A stretch of DNA of 63,800 nt, filler included, from Platydemus manokwari (GCA_037951405.1; 6 parts of 6 records of this genome joined end to end with filler, not necessarily neighbours in it), one strand, 5' to 3'; positions 36,741 through 51,164 are shown, counted from the first letter of the whole stretch. Program-made: numbers and translations. Notes: generated by a model from the letters alone, not told the origin.

Positions 36741-39700
36741 CATCTCAATCAACTAAGAAATCATGTTTCATATTGTGTTTTGTGTTGCAACACTACCATA
36801 TTAATTAATTGTTGTCATTAATGATGTTGTATCTGATGTGTTTTTTGATTATTCCTCTCTAAAATCATATTTGTGTGTGTTATTTTTATCGTAATTATAA
36901 TTATTATTACAGTATAATTGTTAATAAACGGTTATATTAATATTAAATTTCTTTATTTAATAAATTTTTAATTTTATTTTTAGAAATATTTTTGATTTCA
37001 AGTATTTTAATTATTGTTTGAATAATATCGCTTATATATTTTGTATTTCTTTCTTAATCGATACCTGATATTTGGTGTCATTCAGAATAGATACTAAGGT
37101 ACATAACATGTGTTATTTACAACGTAAAAATAAGGTTAATCTATAATTTTTTTAAAAGAGATGAATATATGATATCCTGATCGGACACATTCTTTGTTAA
37201 AAAGAGATCCTTAGTAAGTTAAAATATTTAGATATAATATTAACAAAAACGTCACAGAAATTGTCAGTACTGATAAAATTTAATTATAAGCTAAGATATC
37301 TATCATTACTTTCAAATAATTTGGATAAAGATGAGAATATCACATTATATGAGGTTCTTTACACACATTTTAAAAATATTTAAAATTATTCTTTATCATT
37401 ATTTATTTAGATGGCTTTATATGTTTAGAATATTTTAATTTTGTAAAAGGTTATCATATAAACAATCTATGTGACTTGGTGGACGAAATTAATACCAATT
37501 TATTTTTAACTTTAGACAATTTTTCGCAAAAACATAATATTTGTCTAATAAAGGAGAATCTAATGAACTTTCTAAAATAAATAATATCTATAAATGTTGT
37601 GTATTCTTCATCAAATTTGTTTTTATATTCAAAAATTACTATATTATAAAAAACTTTGATTAAATGTTTTCTAGTTTCTAATCATGTATTATTTTTCATC
37701 ATTTAATTGCTGAATCACAGATTTTTACTAGCTTCAACAGGATTTACCACAGAACTTTATTCATCTTTATCATGATATTTATAAACTACTCTTTGTAATA
37801 ATTCATTTAGCTCTAAAAAGTTTAAACATTATAGTTAGAATAAGTCTCTCAATAAGTAAAACATGTTTGATGAAGCCTCTTAACCAAGTTTTTATAATAT
37901 ATTTAATTGCTAAATATTTTGTTTTACTTGGTCAACGTACACCATTAGTCGGTCTCGAGAAATTATCAATATTAATAAATATTTTAATTGTTAAATTGAT
38001 ATTGAATGCACACTTAAATACAATCGATAAACGTCATCTTATTCTATTCGTTGATTTTTCGATCATACGGCAAATAGCAAATCTTAGTGAATTTTATTCA
38101 AGCTTAATTGTGTAATTTATCGTTTCATTTTGAAAAATTATTTCTTGAAGCTCTTTTGAGAATTCTTTTTCTCATTTTTTACTGTCTTTACGTCATCTAA
38201 TTTGGATCCCATAATCAGTTAAAAGAAATCCTAAATTCCTTTGTTAGTCTTGTAAGTTTCAGTATGTTTTCATTGAGTTATATTCTTATCATAAATACTT
38301 TATTAATTTCATTTTAATTTCTCAGAAAAATCATTGCGCCTTCTCATTAATCTTTATAACAAGATTCAATGTCTTCTCGATTTGAATTCATTCATATCTC
38401 TGTAAAATATACAGTATCATTTATTTTTATCTTTATTTATATTTTTATCAAAAATTATTACTAATAATTAACTTAATGATTAAGAATCATATCGTTTAAT
38501 TATCTTCAAATTATCTCAAAATAATTAATCAAGAAAGGCAAAACAAAATTCTTCAAATACTTACTGAATAATTTTTGTGAAATCACATTTTTCTGACATT
38601 TTAAGTATATTTGAAAAAAATTATTTCTTTCCTTTAACAGGTTCATATATACACAGATAAATTGGGATCATTAGAAAAAAACAAATTGCATAATAAGATT
38701 AAGTTAAAAATTATCTCCCTCCATTTTCTAAAAAGATTCTAAAAATTTATAAAATGGTGATCAGTACAAGTTCAATCGAGCTCAAAATATCATCAATTTA
38801 TTTAATATACTCTCGCTATAATATTAATTTTAGAATATCATCTGTACTGGTTTAATTGCCTTGTAGCAGTCTCTTTCTAAGAATGTGTCATAATTTATTG
38901 ATTTTTCAAATTATAATATTTTCAAAACGACTTTTCATGTTGGTTTATTTATCAAATTGTCAATTTTAAAAATAATAATGTTCATAAATAATTTTATATA
39001 AATTATATGATTTTCTTTTTCTTTTAAAACTAACTGTTCTGAAACTTTTACTTTACCTTGAACAGACTAATTATATGAGGTAGGTTTGTTATTTTTATTT
39101 AAACTATTGTTAACTAAGACACAATATAGTTTTATGTTTTCAAATCTGAAATTTTTTATTACTAATTGATCGAGAACACAGTGCCAATGTGGTGGCTAAA
39201 TTCTCATTCAATTAACTTTCGTCATATTTGTATATATATATGTCAGGAAGACCATATATTTGTATTTTATTACATTGAACTTTTGTACTTTGCCTTTATA
39301 CATGATGTAGTTGAGGGTTCAAGAAAAGAAGTGCTTATTACGATTTTCTTAACTTTTATATAATATAACAAATGAAACAAATACAGGAAGTACCTTTGAT
39401 TTCATTTGCAATCATTTAATATAAATTTTATCATCATTAATATGTGTTCACGGAAACTATAGAAATTATCTGTCAAATAAAAAGTGAAGCTCTGTCACAT
39501 TTACTTGTCACACAAGACCAGCCTATAAAGGTGTTGGATTTTAAAATAATCTGCTCGTCTTTTTAGGTCGCATCTGTTTGTGCTGTAATTTTTATGTAAT
39601 TACATCGAGTGCTGATCCCGTCTCGAGTAATAATTTAATATTGTATTAGAGCTTCGCTTTTTATTTGAAAGTTAATGTTAGGATATTCATGCCATTTGCG

Positions 39701-40149
39701 ATTATTAATGTCGTTGCCATTTATTTGAAGGCCAGTCGGTTATTGAATTCTAAATATGGTTTGATATATAGAAAGGATCTGATTGAAAGCACTTATTGAA
39801 TGGCTGTATATCAACCTTCTCAGGGATAATTTTGTGGTAATGCAAATAACAAGAATAAATAGAATAATAATGTATTTTCAAAAATAATTGACACAGTAAT
39901 ATATTAAATAAAACACAATTTTAAGAACTTTTTGTTTTAACTGATTTGCGTTGTATTCATTCAGCTAAGTTATCTATTTAAATCATTATAGACCAACTTT
40001 CGATTTCGTTACCCTCATTAAAATGGCGTGACAGATAGATTAAAATGAACATTTCCGACATCTACTCCTTCTCTACCTAAATAAATATTTAAAAGCTAGA
40101 GAAAACATCAAATTGATTTGTTTCGGTATTAGAGAAAAAGTAACAAACA

Positions 40150-40350
40150 GTGGTTTTCTAAATTTATTAGTGGAGATTGGATTGTAATCACCCACTATTT
40201 CTCGACATCTTAAAGAAAAGGAGAAAAGTTCAAAAGTATGGATCATGGGTACCGCATTTAATCAAAGAAAGGCACAAAAGTCAACTTGTTTCAATCTCTA
40301 CATCTTGTGTCTGTATGAAAATTTTAAGCAAAAAATGGCTTTAATTAGAT
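40150..40350 (+). mobile_element. Mariner N-terminal transposase remnant
   Basis: KYGSWVPHLIKERHK contains the WVPHEL-type linker motif. Confidence 0.7.
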
Positions 40351-41039
40351 ATCACAAGTAACCACAACTATGTGCGGAACGAAAATCTTGTTTTCCATTT
40401 GGTAGAACCAAACTATTGTTATTCATAACGAAATGTTGTCAAGAAACCAAATAATCAGTGTTGAACTTTATTGTGAACAAATCTAGAGATTTAACATTGC
40501 AATCAAAGCGAAAAGGATCAATAAGATGCAAGATAATTTTACAGCGTGTCAATGCTTGGCTATGATTGGCTTGGCTTTCTTGGATGTTCTTCCCCAATCT
40601 CTATATTTGACACTTAGTCCAAATACGTCGGATATGCTCATTTTTTAAATTCTTGACACTGCAATGTTAATGTATATATTATATGTTGTCGTCTTTTTTT
40701 AAATGAGTTTTATCTCCATAGATAAATAGTCTATATTTATTGGGAAATTAAAATTTTTAATTACAAATTGAATATCAAGCTCTTATTTAAAGATTTCTAA
40801 TAAGCATTCTACACTGAATTAATCAATAATTTGAAATATAATAATGGTAACTATCTATTCACAAAGCATCAAACAAAAACACTTGTATGTTTATGTGATT
40901 TATCTGGAGTATTTTGTTACGAATAGGTCGAAATTACAAGTATCAGTGTAGGTGTTAAATTTCAGTTAAATGAACCTTTGTCATAATTGTATATATAAAT
41001 TTCAACAATCGGAGAGCAAACGGTTTGCAACTTCAGAGA

Positions 41040-43510
41040 TCAGAGTTCACAGATAAGTTGAGGCGTTGATGAATTTTGGATTGAAAAGAGATTCAATAGT
41101 GAAAGATATCATCAGCAAGAGAACAAGATCGAAAGGATTTAAAGACATTCTTGCACTGAAACCAGAAATGGATATCATAGAAGTTAAGAGTACTGCAATG
41201 GTGTTCGAGAATCGAGAAGAAAGCGTAGGAGATTCCCAGGTGGTCAATGCAATTTATGAAGACAGCTATGCTCCAGCGCTAAAGGCTGGAAGAAAAATCC
41301 GGTGGAATAGCCAGTACAAAAAAGAAAGTAACGAGTCCAGTAATTATGAACCACCCCATTCTATCAGAACATAGAACCCCGAGCCAATAACTTTAGAACA
41401 GAAGTTCGCTTCAGGTAGAAAGAAACCAGTGTTTTCAATGAAATACATGGACAATAAACTTTACAATAAGTGTCGAGACAAAGCAGACTCTAAAGCACAA
41501 ATGATTAATATGTAGGCAAGAAGGCCATCGTTTCAGATTATGCCATCTAATACAAGATATCAGACACAGAGGAAATGGTAGAATTTTATGTTTTCAAGAC
41601 TAAACCGAGGAGCAATTTGATTCAATTGAAAACGCATTAATGTACAAGATAGATAAAAAAAACCACAACAACTTCATCGCATACATTTTGTCGTTGGAGT
41701 TGAATAAATAGAAAACAAGAAAATTCAAAATGAAACAAGACGTGAAGAGAAGTTTCAGAAGTTCGACACTAGAGTGTGGAGTAAAGCGTTGATCAATGGA
41801 GCTGAAGTAAAGATGTTGTGGGATTCGGGAGCAACTATCACATTGAAGAGCGAGCACTATTGCAAGAAAGTGGGAACACCAAAATTACAAAATAGTTTGA
41901 TTATGCTTAGTGGAGTGTTAGCAACGAATACCGAACGCCCTCTGAGTTATTCTTATGTGATTGCCTAGCAGGAAGGAAGAAAAGGAAAATTAGGTTTGTG
42001 ATAGGAAAAACAATTTGTCCCGATTTTATTGGAGGTGTTGACACGATCAAACCTAGAAACACGGGGAGAAATGGAAGACTAATCAAGAAATACGGAAAAA
42101 TGGCTTTGAAAGGCAGAATGCAAGAGTTCTTGGAATTCACCACTGATCATCGTATAATAAAAGAACGGATCGATCTGGATGTGTGTGGATTATCGGAGAC
42201 TCAATGGAGTGACAGAAAAATTTAGTTTCCCCATACATGATATCCACCAACTTCTAGACTGTTTGTCGGATGCTTAATATTTCTCCTTAATAGATTTGGG
42301 ACAGTCTTATTGCCAAGTCGAACTAAGTCAGAGATCCAAAGATTGCACAGCTTTTAGCACAAGAACCGGCCAATACTAATTCAACAGACTCCCGTTTGGA
42401 CTATCTACAGCACCAGCAACCTTTCAAAAACTGATGCAAAAGCTTTTGGATAGTTTGAACTTGAAGGGCGTTGTGGTATATTTGGATGATGTGTTAAGAT
42501 AGGGAAAACTCAGCGAGAGTATGACGATCTACTGGAAGTCGTGTTTTGTCGAATTCAAGAGTCGGGGCCGGAGTGAATCCGGAGAAATGTACGCTTATCA
42601 AAAGTGAAGTGAGGTTTTTAGGCCAAACAATCAGTGCCAAGGGCATACGGACTAATTACGACAAAATCGAACAGATACGAGATGCCCCAGTACCACAGAT
42701 CACGAGCAAATTGATGTCATTTTTATGGCTGACAAACTATTACAGACGATTCATCTAGGATTATGCTTTAATAGCGGTTCCACTATACACCGCAACGGCA
42801 GGTGGAGTTAAGGAATTACAATGGTCAGAATCATATCAAAGAAGTTTTTTGAAGCTAGAGTCGGCACTCTGTGAAGCACCAATTTTGGATTACTCAAGAA
42901 AAAATAGGATATTTGTACTCGATACGAACGCGAATTTTGGTGCAATCGGAGCTGTTCTAAGCCAAGTTATTGAAGAGGAAACAGAAGTAGTTATAGCTTA
43001 TGGTTCTCGATTGCTGACTAGTCATGAGAAAGGGTACTGTGTTACCATGAAAGAACTGCTGGCTATCCACGAATATGTCATTTACTTTAGACAATACTTG
43101 TACGGAAAGAAATTCATCGCGAGGACCGATCACAAAGCCCTAGTATTTTTGAACTCGACACAAAAACCGATCAGCCCTCAATTTCAAACATGGATGGCGG
43201 CGCTGTCAGAAGACGATTTCGATTTAAGATACAGAAAATAATAGAATCATAGAAACGCAGATGGATTGTCTAGGATCAACGAGATACTATGTTCCCATTG
43301 CAACACGAGACATGATGGAGCAAAGACGGAAAAGCCAAAAACCAAATATTGTACCCAAATAAAAATAAAATTGGAAATAATCCAGAAAATACAGGAAACA
43401 CATTACAATGATGCAGAAATAGTAGAGACATTCAAATTTCTAATCAACTTGGTGGACAAAAATTCGTTTCTCGGTTACAAACTTAGGATAATAAAACATG
43501 AACATTGAAT
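41040..43510 (+). mobile_element. Decayed Gypsy gag-pol
   Basis: Protease LWDSGATIT; RT FNRLPFGLSTAPATFQ and YLDD; RNase H FVLDTNA..GAIGAVLSQ...KELLAI...RTDHKAL; multiple stops and frameshifts. Confidence 0.95.
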
Positions 43511-44354
43511 TCTTAAACCACAAATCCGAAACCCAAATCAGAATGAACACTAGAAAAGACCTTCGGAAAACAAGGTTCACTATTTTTCTAATTTATCTAG
43601 TTCCCAAAAGTCCCTTAATATTTATCACTTTTTCCTGAAATCTGGGTTTTAACCCACTGGGCCCGGAATAACATTTATCTCCTTAATTACTCCCTATAAT
43701 TCATTAAGTTTCATAAATCTTTGCTCTGTAGAAGATTTAACACTGAACCTGAAAGCGCTGAACATGTATTCATACATTGCCTTGACAAAAAGCAGCAAAC
43801 CAGACTTGACATCATATGAAAATACCTTCAGTCCATTGGGATAGACACTGATATAGATTCTATTCCAGTTGAGATCAACACAAAGTTTACATCTGACTTC
43901 ATTATACGTAATAATGCAAACAAAAACACGTACATTATTGATCTTAAAATACCATATGATATGAACACTATCTTTGACATACATAGATTACTGAACTTCG
44001 ACACATATAAATCCATAACAAAATAAATAGCTATCGCTATTAGAAACCAAACTACATTAAATGTCTTTAAGATATCGGTGTTTGGATCAAGGGACCCACA
44101 TAATGATAAAATCTTAAAGTTAATAGGACTCGACAACATATAGCGTAATTTTCTGTTTTCTAATCTAAGCACTATTAAGAGATGTTTGTGCCATATATCG
44201 AAAAGGAAATAATATTTGGATTTAATCTATCACTAAACCATAAATATATTATTTATTATGACCTGATTAAGTTCCGTTAAGCTGACATATTATTTGTGTG
44301 TGCTAATGCAACAGGAAATTTTATACAACGATTTTATACAATGGCTATTGTAAA

Positions 44355-44795
44355 CCATAAAATTAAAAAAAAACAACTACCTGTGTTGCAAAGCTACTGT
44401 ATAACAATTTTCTTATTAAGAATCGTTATGAAATAAAAGTAATCTTGCGTTAGATACATACTAATGACAGACCAACAAACAAGCTTTACTTTTATCACAA
44501 TACAAAAATTTTTATAAGTTTCCATAGCAACATAAAAATTTGATGATAATTTTCCAGTTGTCTATTAACTGAAATTTATATTGAAAAATTTTATTTCAAA
44601 AATTGTTAAGCTACTAAAATTAGATAAAAACAATATTATAGCTTGAAATCAAGATAAATGCAAATACTGTAAATTTCCATGCCAATTTTAAACTTTTTAA
44701 AATTATTTTTCTCAAACATTTTAATCAATTCAACTCATCAATTCAACGAGTTATTTTGAAATTATTAAACACAAATATTGTAATATTAAACATGT
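44355..44795 (+). promoter_or_regulatory. Duplicated upstream module with X-box motifs (copy 2)
   Basis: Paralogous to 35240-35790. Contains consensus-matching GTTTCCATAGCAAC (44518-44531) and CTTGCGTTAGATAC (44444-44457). Confidence 0.55.
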
Positions 44796-44796
44796 T

Positions 44797-44874
44797 ATTG
44801 GGTCTATAACTTAAAAACCGGAATTTTTTTTAGAACAATTGAGTGTTTATTAAAGAAAATCTTGTACAATTCTG
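44797..44874 (-). mobile_element. Mariner right end (same family as 34841-35055), inverted, truncated by the gap
   Basis: TATTGGGTCTATAACTTAAAAACCGGAA...AGAACAATTGAGTGTTTATTAAA is the reverse complement of about 34997-35055. Confidence 0.9.
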
Positions 44875-45169
44875 NNNNNNNNNNNNNNNNNNNNNNNNNN
44901 NNNNNNNNNNNNNNNNNNTTAATTAATTAANNNNNNNNNNNNNNNNNNNNNNNNNNNNNNNNNNNNNNNNNNNNTTAATATTATTATTATTACTGTCATC
45001 ACTCTAGATTTGTGCACATGATGATGGCGTACTATTGTATATTTGTGTTTTATATTATTATCATTATAATGTTGTATTGTTATTTTTGAAAATGTAGACC
45101 CAATTTTGATGATATACAATTTATAATACAATAAAAATAGATCGATTATATATTCTTTTACTTCTTCAG

Positions 45170-48025
45170 GGATCACTTGGTAACATACCACAACAAATTC
45201 GGTATCCACCTTACGGTTCGGACAAAGATGATGACCGACATTTGTCATTCCAAAGCGGTGACAGCCTCAATGCTGCCGACTCATATGTAGTCCGTAATGA
45301 CGATCAGGTCTCATTGCCTCCAATGCCCTCACTTCCTCAAACAGAATACGGCAAGCCACCGAAGAAAACGAATTCCAAAACTCCTCGATCTCGAGATGTT
45401 CTGTCAGATGATGGTATGAATCCTCAACCAGATTACTCTAAGCCACAAAAGAACAAAAATGTCATAACTCCTCAACATCATGATAATCTATCAGATGATG
45501 ATTATCTAAAACCAATAAAAAATCTTCATTTGAAACCAACACGTCAACCCGATGACATGTCTGATGACGCTGTGAGTCCTCAACCAATCTACGCCAAACC
45601 TCAAAAGAAACACAGTGCTAAAAATTCTCGACATACCGATGACTTTTCTGATGATGGAAAATCTCCTGAACCAGAATATAATAAACCAATCAAGAAAAAA
45701 CACTCCAAGACAAATCGTCCTCCTGATGATGAATACGTGAACCTGCAATCAGATTTAAACAAACCTAAAAAAAAACAAAGTTATAAATCGGCCTCGGTGC
45801 CAGATATGGTATCTGATGATGACTTAAGGACACCTGAAATTGAACACTCTAGACCAATCAAAAAGCATAGTTCCAGAAATGCACCTTCTAAAGATAACTC
45901 CCCTTATGATGGTGGTAAGAATCATTATGATTATCATCATAGATATTTATTATTATTATTATTATTAATTTACTGTTATTATTATCGACGTGATATTCGA
46001 AATCGTAATACTTTATGGGAAGGCATGTCGATATTGTGGGAGGAATGGATGGCTAATATTTTCGTCGCTGTTTCGATCAATCAAGAATCGCTAATATGTC
46101 TGTAAAACAATCATCATGTAATGTTTGAAGTTAAAGAAATTCTACCGTTGATATCGTATACTTAATTCACATCACCATGGTTTCATAAAATTTGTGAGGA
46201 TTTCACAGTTGTTATGATAAATAATTTTAGTTCTGAATCTTTTTAATATCAGCATCTAACAGACAGACCATGTATTTGGATTCGATTCTGAGCACATTTA
46301 AGCGAGAGAAGTATATAAGGTTATAAATTCAGCAAGAAACCATCAAGGTCAAATGAGAGGCGATGTCAGCGAAATTCAACTAATTGCTCTATTAGTTCAG
46401 CGACTTTCAGTTGTTTTTGTTCAGCAACATAAATCTTTAATATTGATTATCATGATCCCACTGAATAATTCGTTTATGAACTGCGATAAATAATAAAATA
46501 TTCTTTAAAGTTGATTTCCGAATTTTCATTTTCAAAAATCAATTAAATACGACAAGAAATTATGAAAAATTAACCGTTAATCGATCATATAATTAAAAAT
46601 CAATAATTCATTTCTAAAATATAGTCAACTCTGTTCAAAATATGAATCCTGTTTAATATGAACATAATTTAATGTGAACATTTCAGTCAAAAATTATTGC
46701 AAATCATATGGTTCTCATACGAAATTATGTTTCATAATACGAACACTGTTTATTTTGAACAATGAAGAAAAAATAGTACAAAATAAATCCATAAATTATA
46801 CAATTATTGTTTAAATATTAAATTTTTGGCTGTCTTTTATGAACATGAAAAACACAAATTCAAAACGAGAGAGATTTAAGTATCGAAGAGAAACAGAAAT
46901 TGTTAAAAATTATTCGATGAAGATAAATCTTGTTCTCAACGCTATTTTTCATCAAAATATAATCTTTCATTAGGCTTTGTATAAATAATCTAATGAAATC
47001 TAAAGATTCCTTTTTGAATTCAAACTTGACTCCAAAAAAAACGAAAAACCCATTAACGTAGTGGATATCAAGTTAATGCCATTTAATATGAATGGTTTCA
47101 GATCCTGAGAACAAGAAATATCAGTGTCAGTGGTGATATACTACAACAGAAAGCAAATAACTTAGGAAATCATGATTTAAAACCTTCATATGGTTGGGTT
47201 AATTATTTTCTATCCAGCCATATGATATCATCGACAAATGTTCCTGATGAGATTAACAAAATATGGGATTTGTTTGAAGAAATTCAAGGAGAAAAAGATA
47301 ATCTTGACAATTGAAAATCACGACTTTATCATGCGTCAAAGATATAAAATTTGTGATGAATAAGTATAATAAATACTATTTTGTGAAATGTTTGATGTTA
47401 TGTTAGTAACTGTTGATAATATTTTTTTAATGTGAACATTTGAAAAATTAGGACGCTAGTGTTCATATTGAACAGGGTTGGCTGTATATAAATGAAATGT
47501 TTCTCTTGTCTTTTTATAGTAAAAGAATTTTATATGAATTTCATTCTGTAAATTTTCAAACATTCTTGGAATTATTTTCACAGTTTCTTTATACATTCAG
47601 GTGTCACATATCACCTGTCTCAAGATAAAAACAGAGTATCGGTCAAAATGCCCGATCCTCCAATAGATACATCTCAATCGGAAGAAATCGACTCTCCCTA
47701 TCGAGTTGTTAAAAAGCGAGCGCATCAGAAACCAAATAGCTCAAACAATGTTCAAAATCAAAGCCGACCACAACCTCCAAATCAATTCAGACCGCCACCA
47801 CCACCACCTGAACTGATTCCTCATCCAAGATCGAATTCCAGCAGTGAAAGATCTTCTCCAATGGAACATCATTTGCCACCTCCACCACCACCAATTGTAG
47901 AGATGTCACATGTTATAGAGAAACCGAAACCGCCTCCTGTCAAACCAAAGCCAGTAGTTAAGCCGAAACCGAAAATTATTTTGAAAGATCAGCATGTGAC
48001 AACGAAAGTAATTGATAATAAATAA
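45170..48025 (+). CDS. 3' exons (45170-45914, 47601-48025) of a low-complexity protein with YxKP repeats and a proline-rich tail; 5' part not in this contig
   Basis: Acceptor cttcag|, donor G|GTAAGA and acceptor attcag| are phase-consistent. About 25-aa repeats P[QE]PxYxKPxKK...DDxSDD, polyproline runs and KPKPPPVKPKP. Confidence 0.75.
46620..47488. mobile_element. pogo/Tigger-like non-autonomous element in an intron
   Basis: Inverted termini TATAGTCAACTCTGTTCAAAATATGAA / TTCATATTGAACAGGGTTGGCTGTA with TA flanks and subterminal ATGAAC repeats. Confidence 0.75.
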
Positions 48026-51000
48026 ATTCTTTTAACCTTCATTCAGTCCAGAAATGATTTTTCTCACCTACAAACCAAGAATGAATCGATGGAAAAGTAT
48101 AAAATTTCATTTCCTCCACAAAAATAGACAACACAGCAAGTCACTGTTCACGTAAAGATTAAAATGCAGTGATATGCTTTGATTTTTCTGACCTATTTTG
48201 TATTGGTCCTTTCGTTGTTTATGCAACAATTATGCCAGCTAGGAAAGAAATGAAATCAATTATTATTAATATTATTATGCTTTGCAGTAATTTTACACAT
48301 TAAATTGTTCGATGAATTCCGCTTTGAATCACAAACATCATTTCATTCATGCTCTTGCTTATTATTGATTGGTCAATTTTGTATTGATTTTCCCTACAAT
48401 TTTTTCCATTGTTTATCAGAACTGAAACCGTGTTTGAATGATAAAATCCAAAATTCTTTATCTATCGATAATAATGGATTATTATTGAGAAATGTTAGAT
48501 ATTATATTCATATATCGATAATTTATTGATCGATTCCATAATAAAACACTCAATATCACTCAATATTAATGAAAATAATTGCATAATTCGAATTTGTAAC
48601 AATATTTTACAAACTACACACACACACACAATTTGCACCATTGATTTATAGACTTATTAGTGATTTTGCTTTATCGAATATTTTCAATCAATTATTGATT
48701 AATTTATTTAACAATCTCTCATTGGTTTTAATTATTATGCTTACCAATTTTAGTACGTAACTCGCTACGATGACGATACCAGCAATGACGAGATGCTTTA
48801 ACTATGTGCATGTGATTTGTCGTTGAATATTTCAATGTGGAACACAATTATGTTTTGAAGGCTGTGGAGTTTTTACGCTTTTTAATGTTTCTTTTTCAAT
48901 TTTATCAATTTTTTCTTATTTTTTTTGATTTGTGAAATGATATTGCATTGGAGAAAATTGTGTGACAGTTAATTCATTGTTATCACTTGTTCCTCACATA
49001 TCATTGACCTTTATTATTATTATTCAATCAATTCCATATTTTATTTAATGTTGTTACAAATATTATTATTATTATTATGTTGGCATATCAATATCGGTTC
49101 AGATGATGATATCTTATAGACTTTGGATATTAATTTATTGTTATAGATTTTACAAATAAATATTATCTTAGATCTCCTGCACAATTCAATGAAATATTAA
49201 TAATCAATATAATCATTTATGTTCATATCGATTCGCAAAATTCATTTTGATATTGAATTGATATCAATTTTTAACGATTTTTATGAGAAGCCTCAATCGA
49301 TTTAATAGTATTATTAGAAAGTATTGAAATTACTTGGCCATTATTTCAGAATTTAGTTATTTTTAGTGTGTATTGAAATTAGAATTTCATTGATGTAGTT
49401 ATTATAAATCAATAAATAAATATTTATTAACAGTTTTTTACCAATCATTATCTGTTTACTGATTTTAAGACAACTGATAATTGATTTAAGAAGAAACAAT
49501 AAATAATGGATAATGATAATCGCCAATCAAGCACCATTTTTTTTTAAAAATAGTCTTGGAAATCAATAATCTTATTCTGTAATCCATGGTACTCAATCAT
49601 TGTATTTTATGTAACCCAATAAAGTAATCAAAATAAAGAAATAAATATATGATAGAAAATTGTTACGTAATGTCACTCCTTTGATTATTGATTCATTAAT
49701 ATGGATTTCTAATCTGTTGTGATAATTCAGATTGGATTTCATATGTGATTATTTTGAAAGTATCTCCAGTTTTTGTTAATTCTCATCAGTTAATTATTCC
49801 TCACATATATTATTTACAAACACGTTTTTTCAAACAATAAACCCTTTAAATGATCTCTTTTCCATGATCTGGTTATAAGAGCATATAACCGCATCATGAG
49901 AAATATTGTATCGATCAATAACAAGTACCATAATATCAATTCCAACCATATCCACATAATTTGTGCCCTGTGTATGTAAACAAGATTAAATCTAATAATT
50001 GATATAGCCTCACTGTTTAAAACGAATAATCTCCATAATCCCGTCAATAAATATTCTCCAAAAACAACCAAAAGAAATCATTATAAAATAATAAAAGTAG
50101 TTACAAAATCAATGCGTTGCGTGAATATTATTGCAATGAATAATTTGTTACATCAAATCTAAAAATAATCAATAGATTGGTGCTTATCAGCATTATTTAA
50201 CGCTTAACCAAAAGCATCAAAAATAGCAGATTAAAAATAGCTCTTCAATCATTGTAAAATCCAACACATATAAAAGTGAAAAAATATCACATCTCACACA
50301 ATCCAAATGATACTAATTTTCAATAATCAATCAATACGTGAATATTGAATACGTGATAAATTGGAATCATTATTATCGAAATAATATTCAGCATTGGTAT
50401 TGACTACATAATGGTGATATATATGATTTATGAAGAGATTACTTCATTATTGACTGCCCTACATTGACGTCATAATGATTATGATAATACATATAATAAT
50501 CGATATTATTAAGTGTCACATTATAATTGTTGACATTAATTTCATTCATCATCAAATTCACAACACAATTCACAATATGTCGGAAAGCGTAACGTCAAAG
50601 GCATAATGAATAAGATTTGAATAGATATCGCACACGATTAAAAGTGGGGCTCGTGAAGTAAATATGAACGAAATATATTTTATAGTGCTCGATCATCAGA
50701 GTTGTAAAATCGTTGAAATAATTATAGATCCAGTATCTATGACAACATATTCCTCACACACGAAAACACATACACATACAAACATCCATCATTGACGGCA
50801 AACCACAAGAACTGATCAATCAATTTCAACTAAAAATAATCACCAAAGGTTTGTATTTAAACAAGGTAAATAAAGCTGAAATCTCCCATATGCTATAAAA
50901 ATCTAAATTGAACAATTAAAAATGAGAACACGATATTATTGATCATTCAACAAAATTTGTGATAATATTGTTTATTGAACCATTTTCTTTCAACCGATCT

Positions 51001-51164
51001 ATTATTTCACTCAAATAGGCAATTGTTTTCTCCGATTCGCTTAATTTATTCTATAAATGATAATAAATTTAACAATCGATACTGGACAAGCTTTTTGGTC
51101 ATTGCCATTTATATAATGAAAATAAAGAGAACAATTATTAATAACTTGACTAATGATATTGAAT

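Noticed and set aside
39444-39850. Further LTR-like segment (TGTG start, CCTATAAA)
   Set aside because: No second copy, TSD or conserved hairpin was found in the window.
43510-44200. Overlapping 96-aa and 114-aa minus-strand ORFs
   Set aside because: They have no recognisable motifs and are probably antisense to a decayed retroelement fragment.
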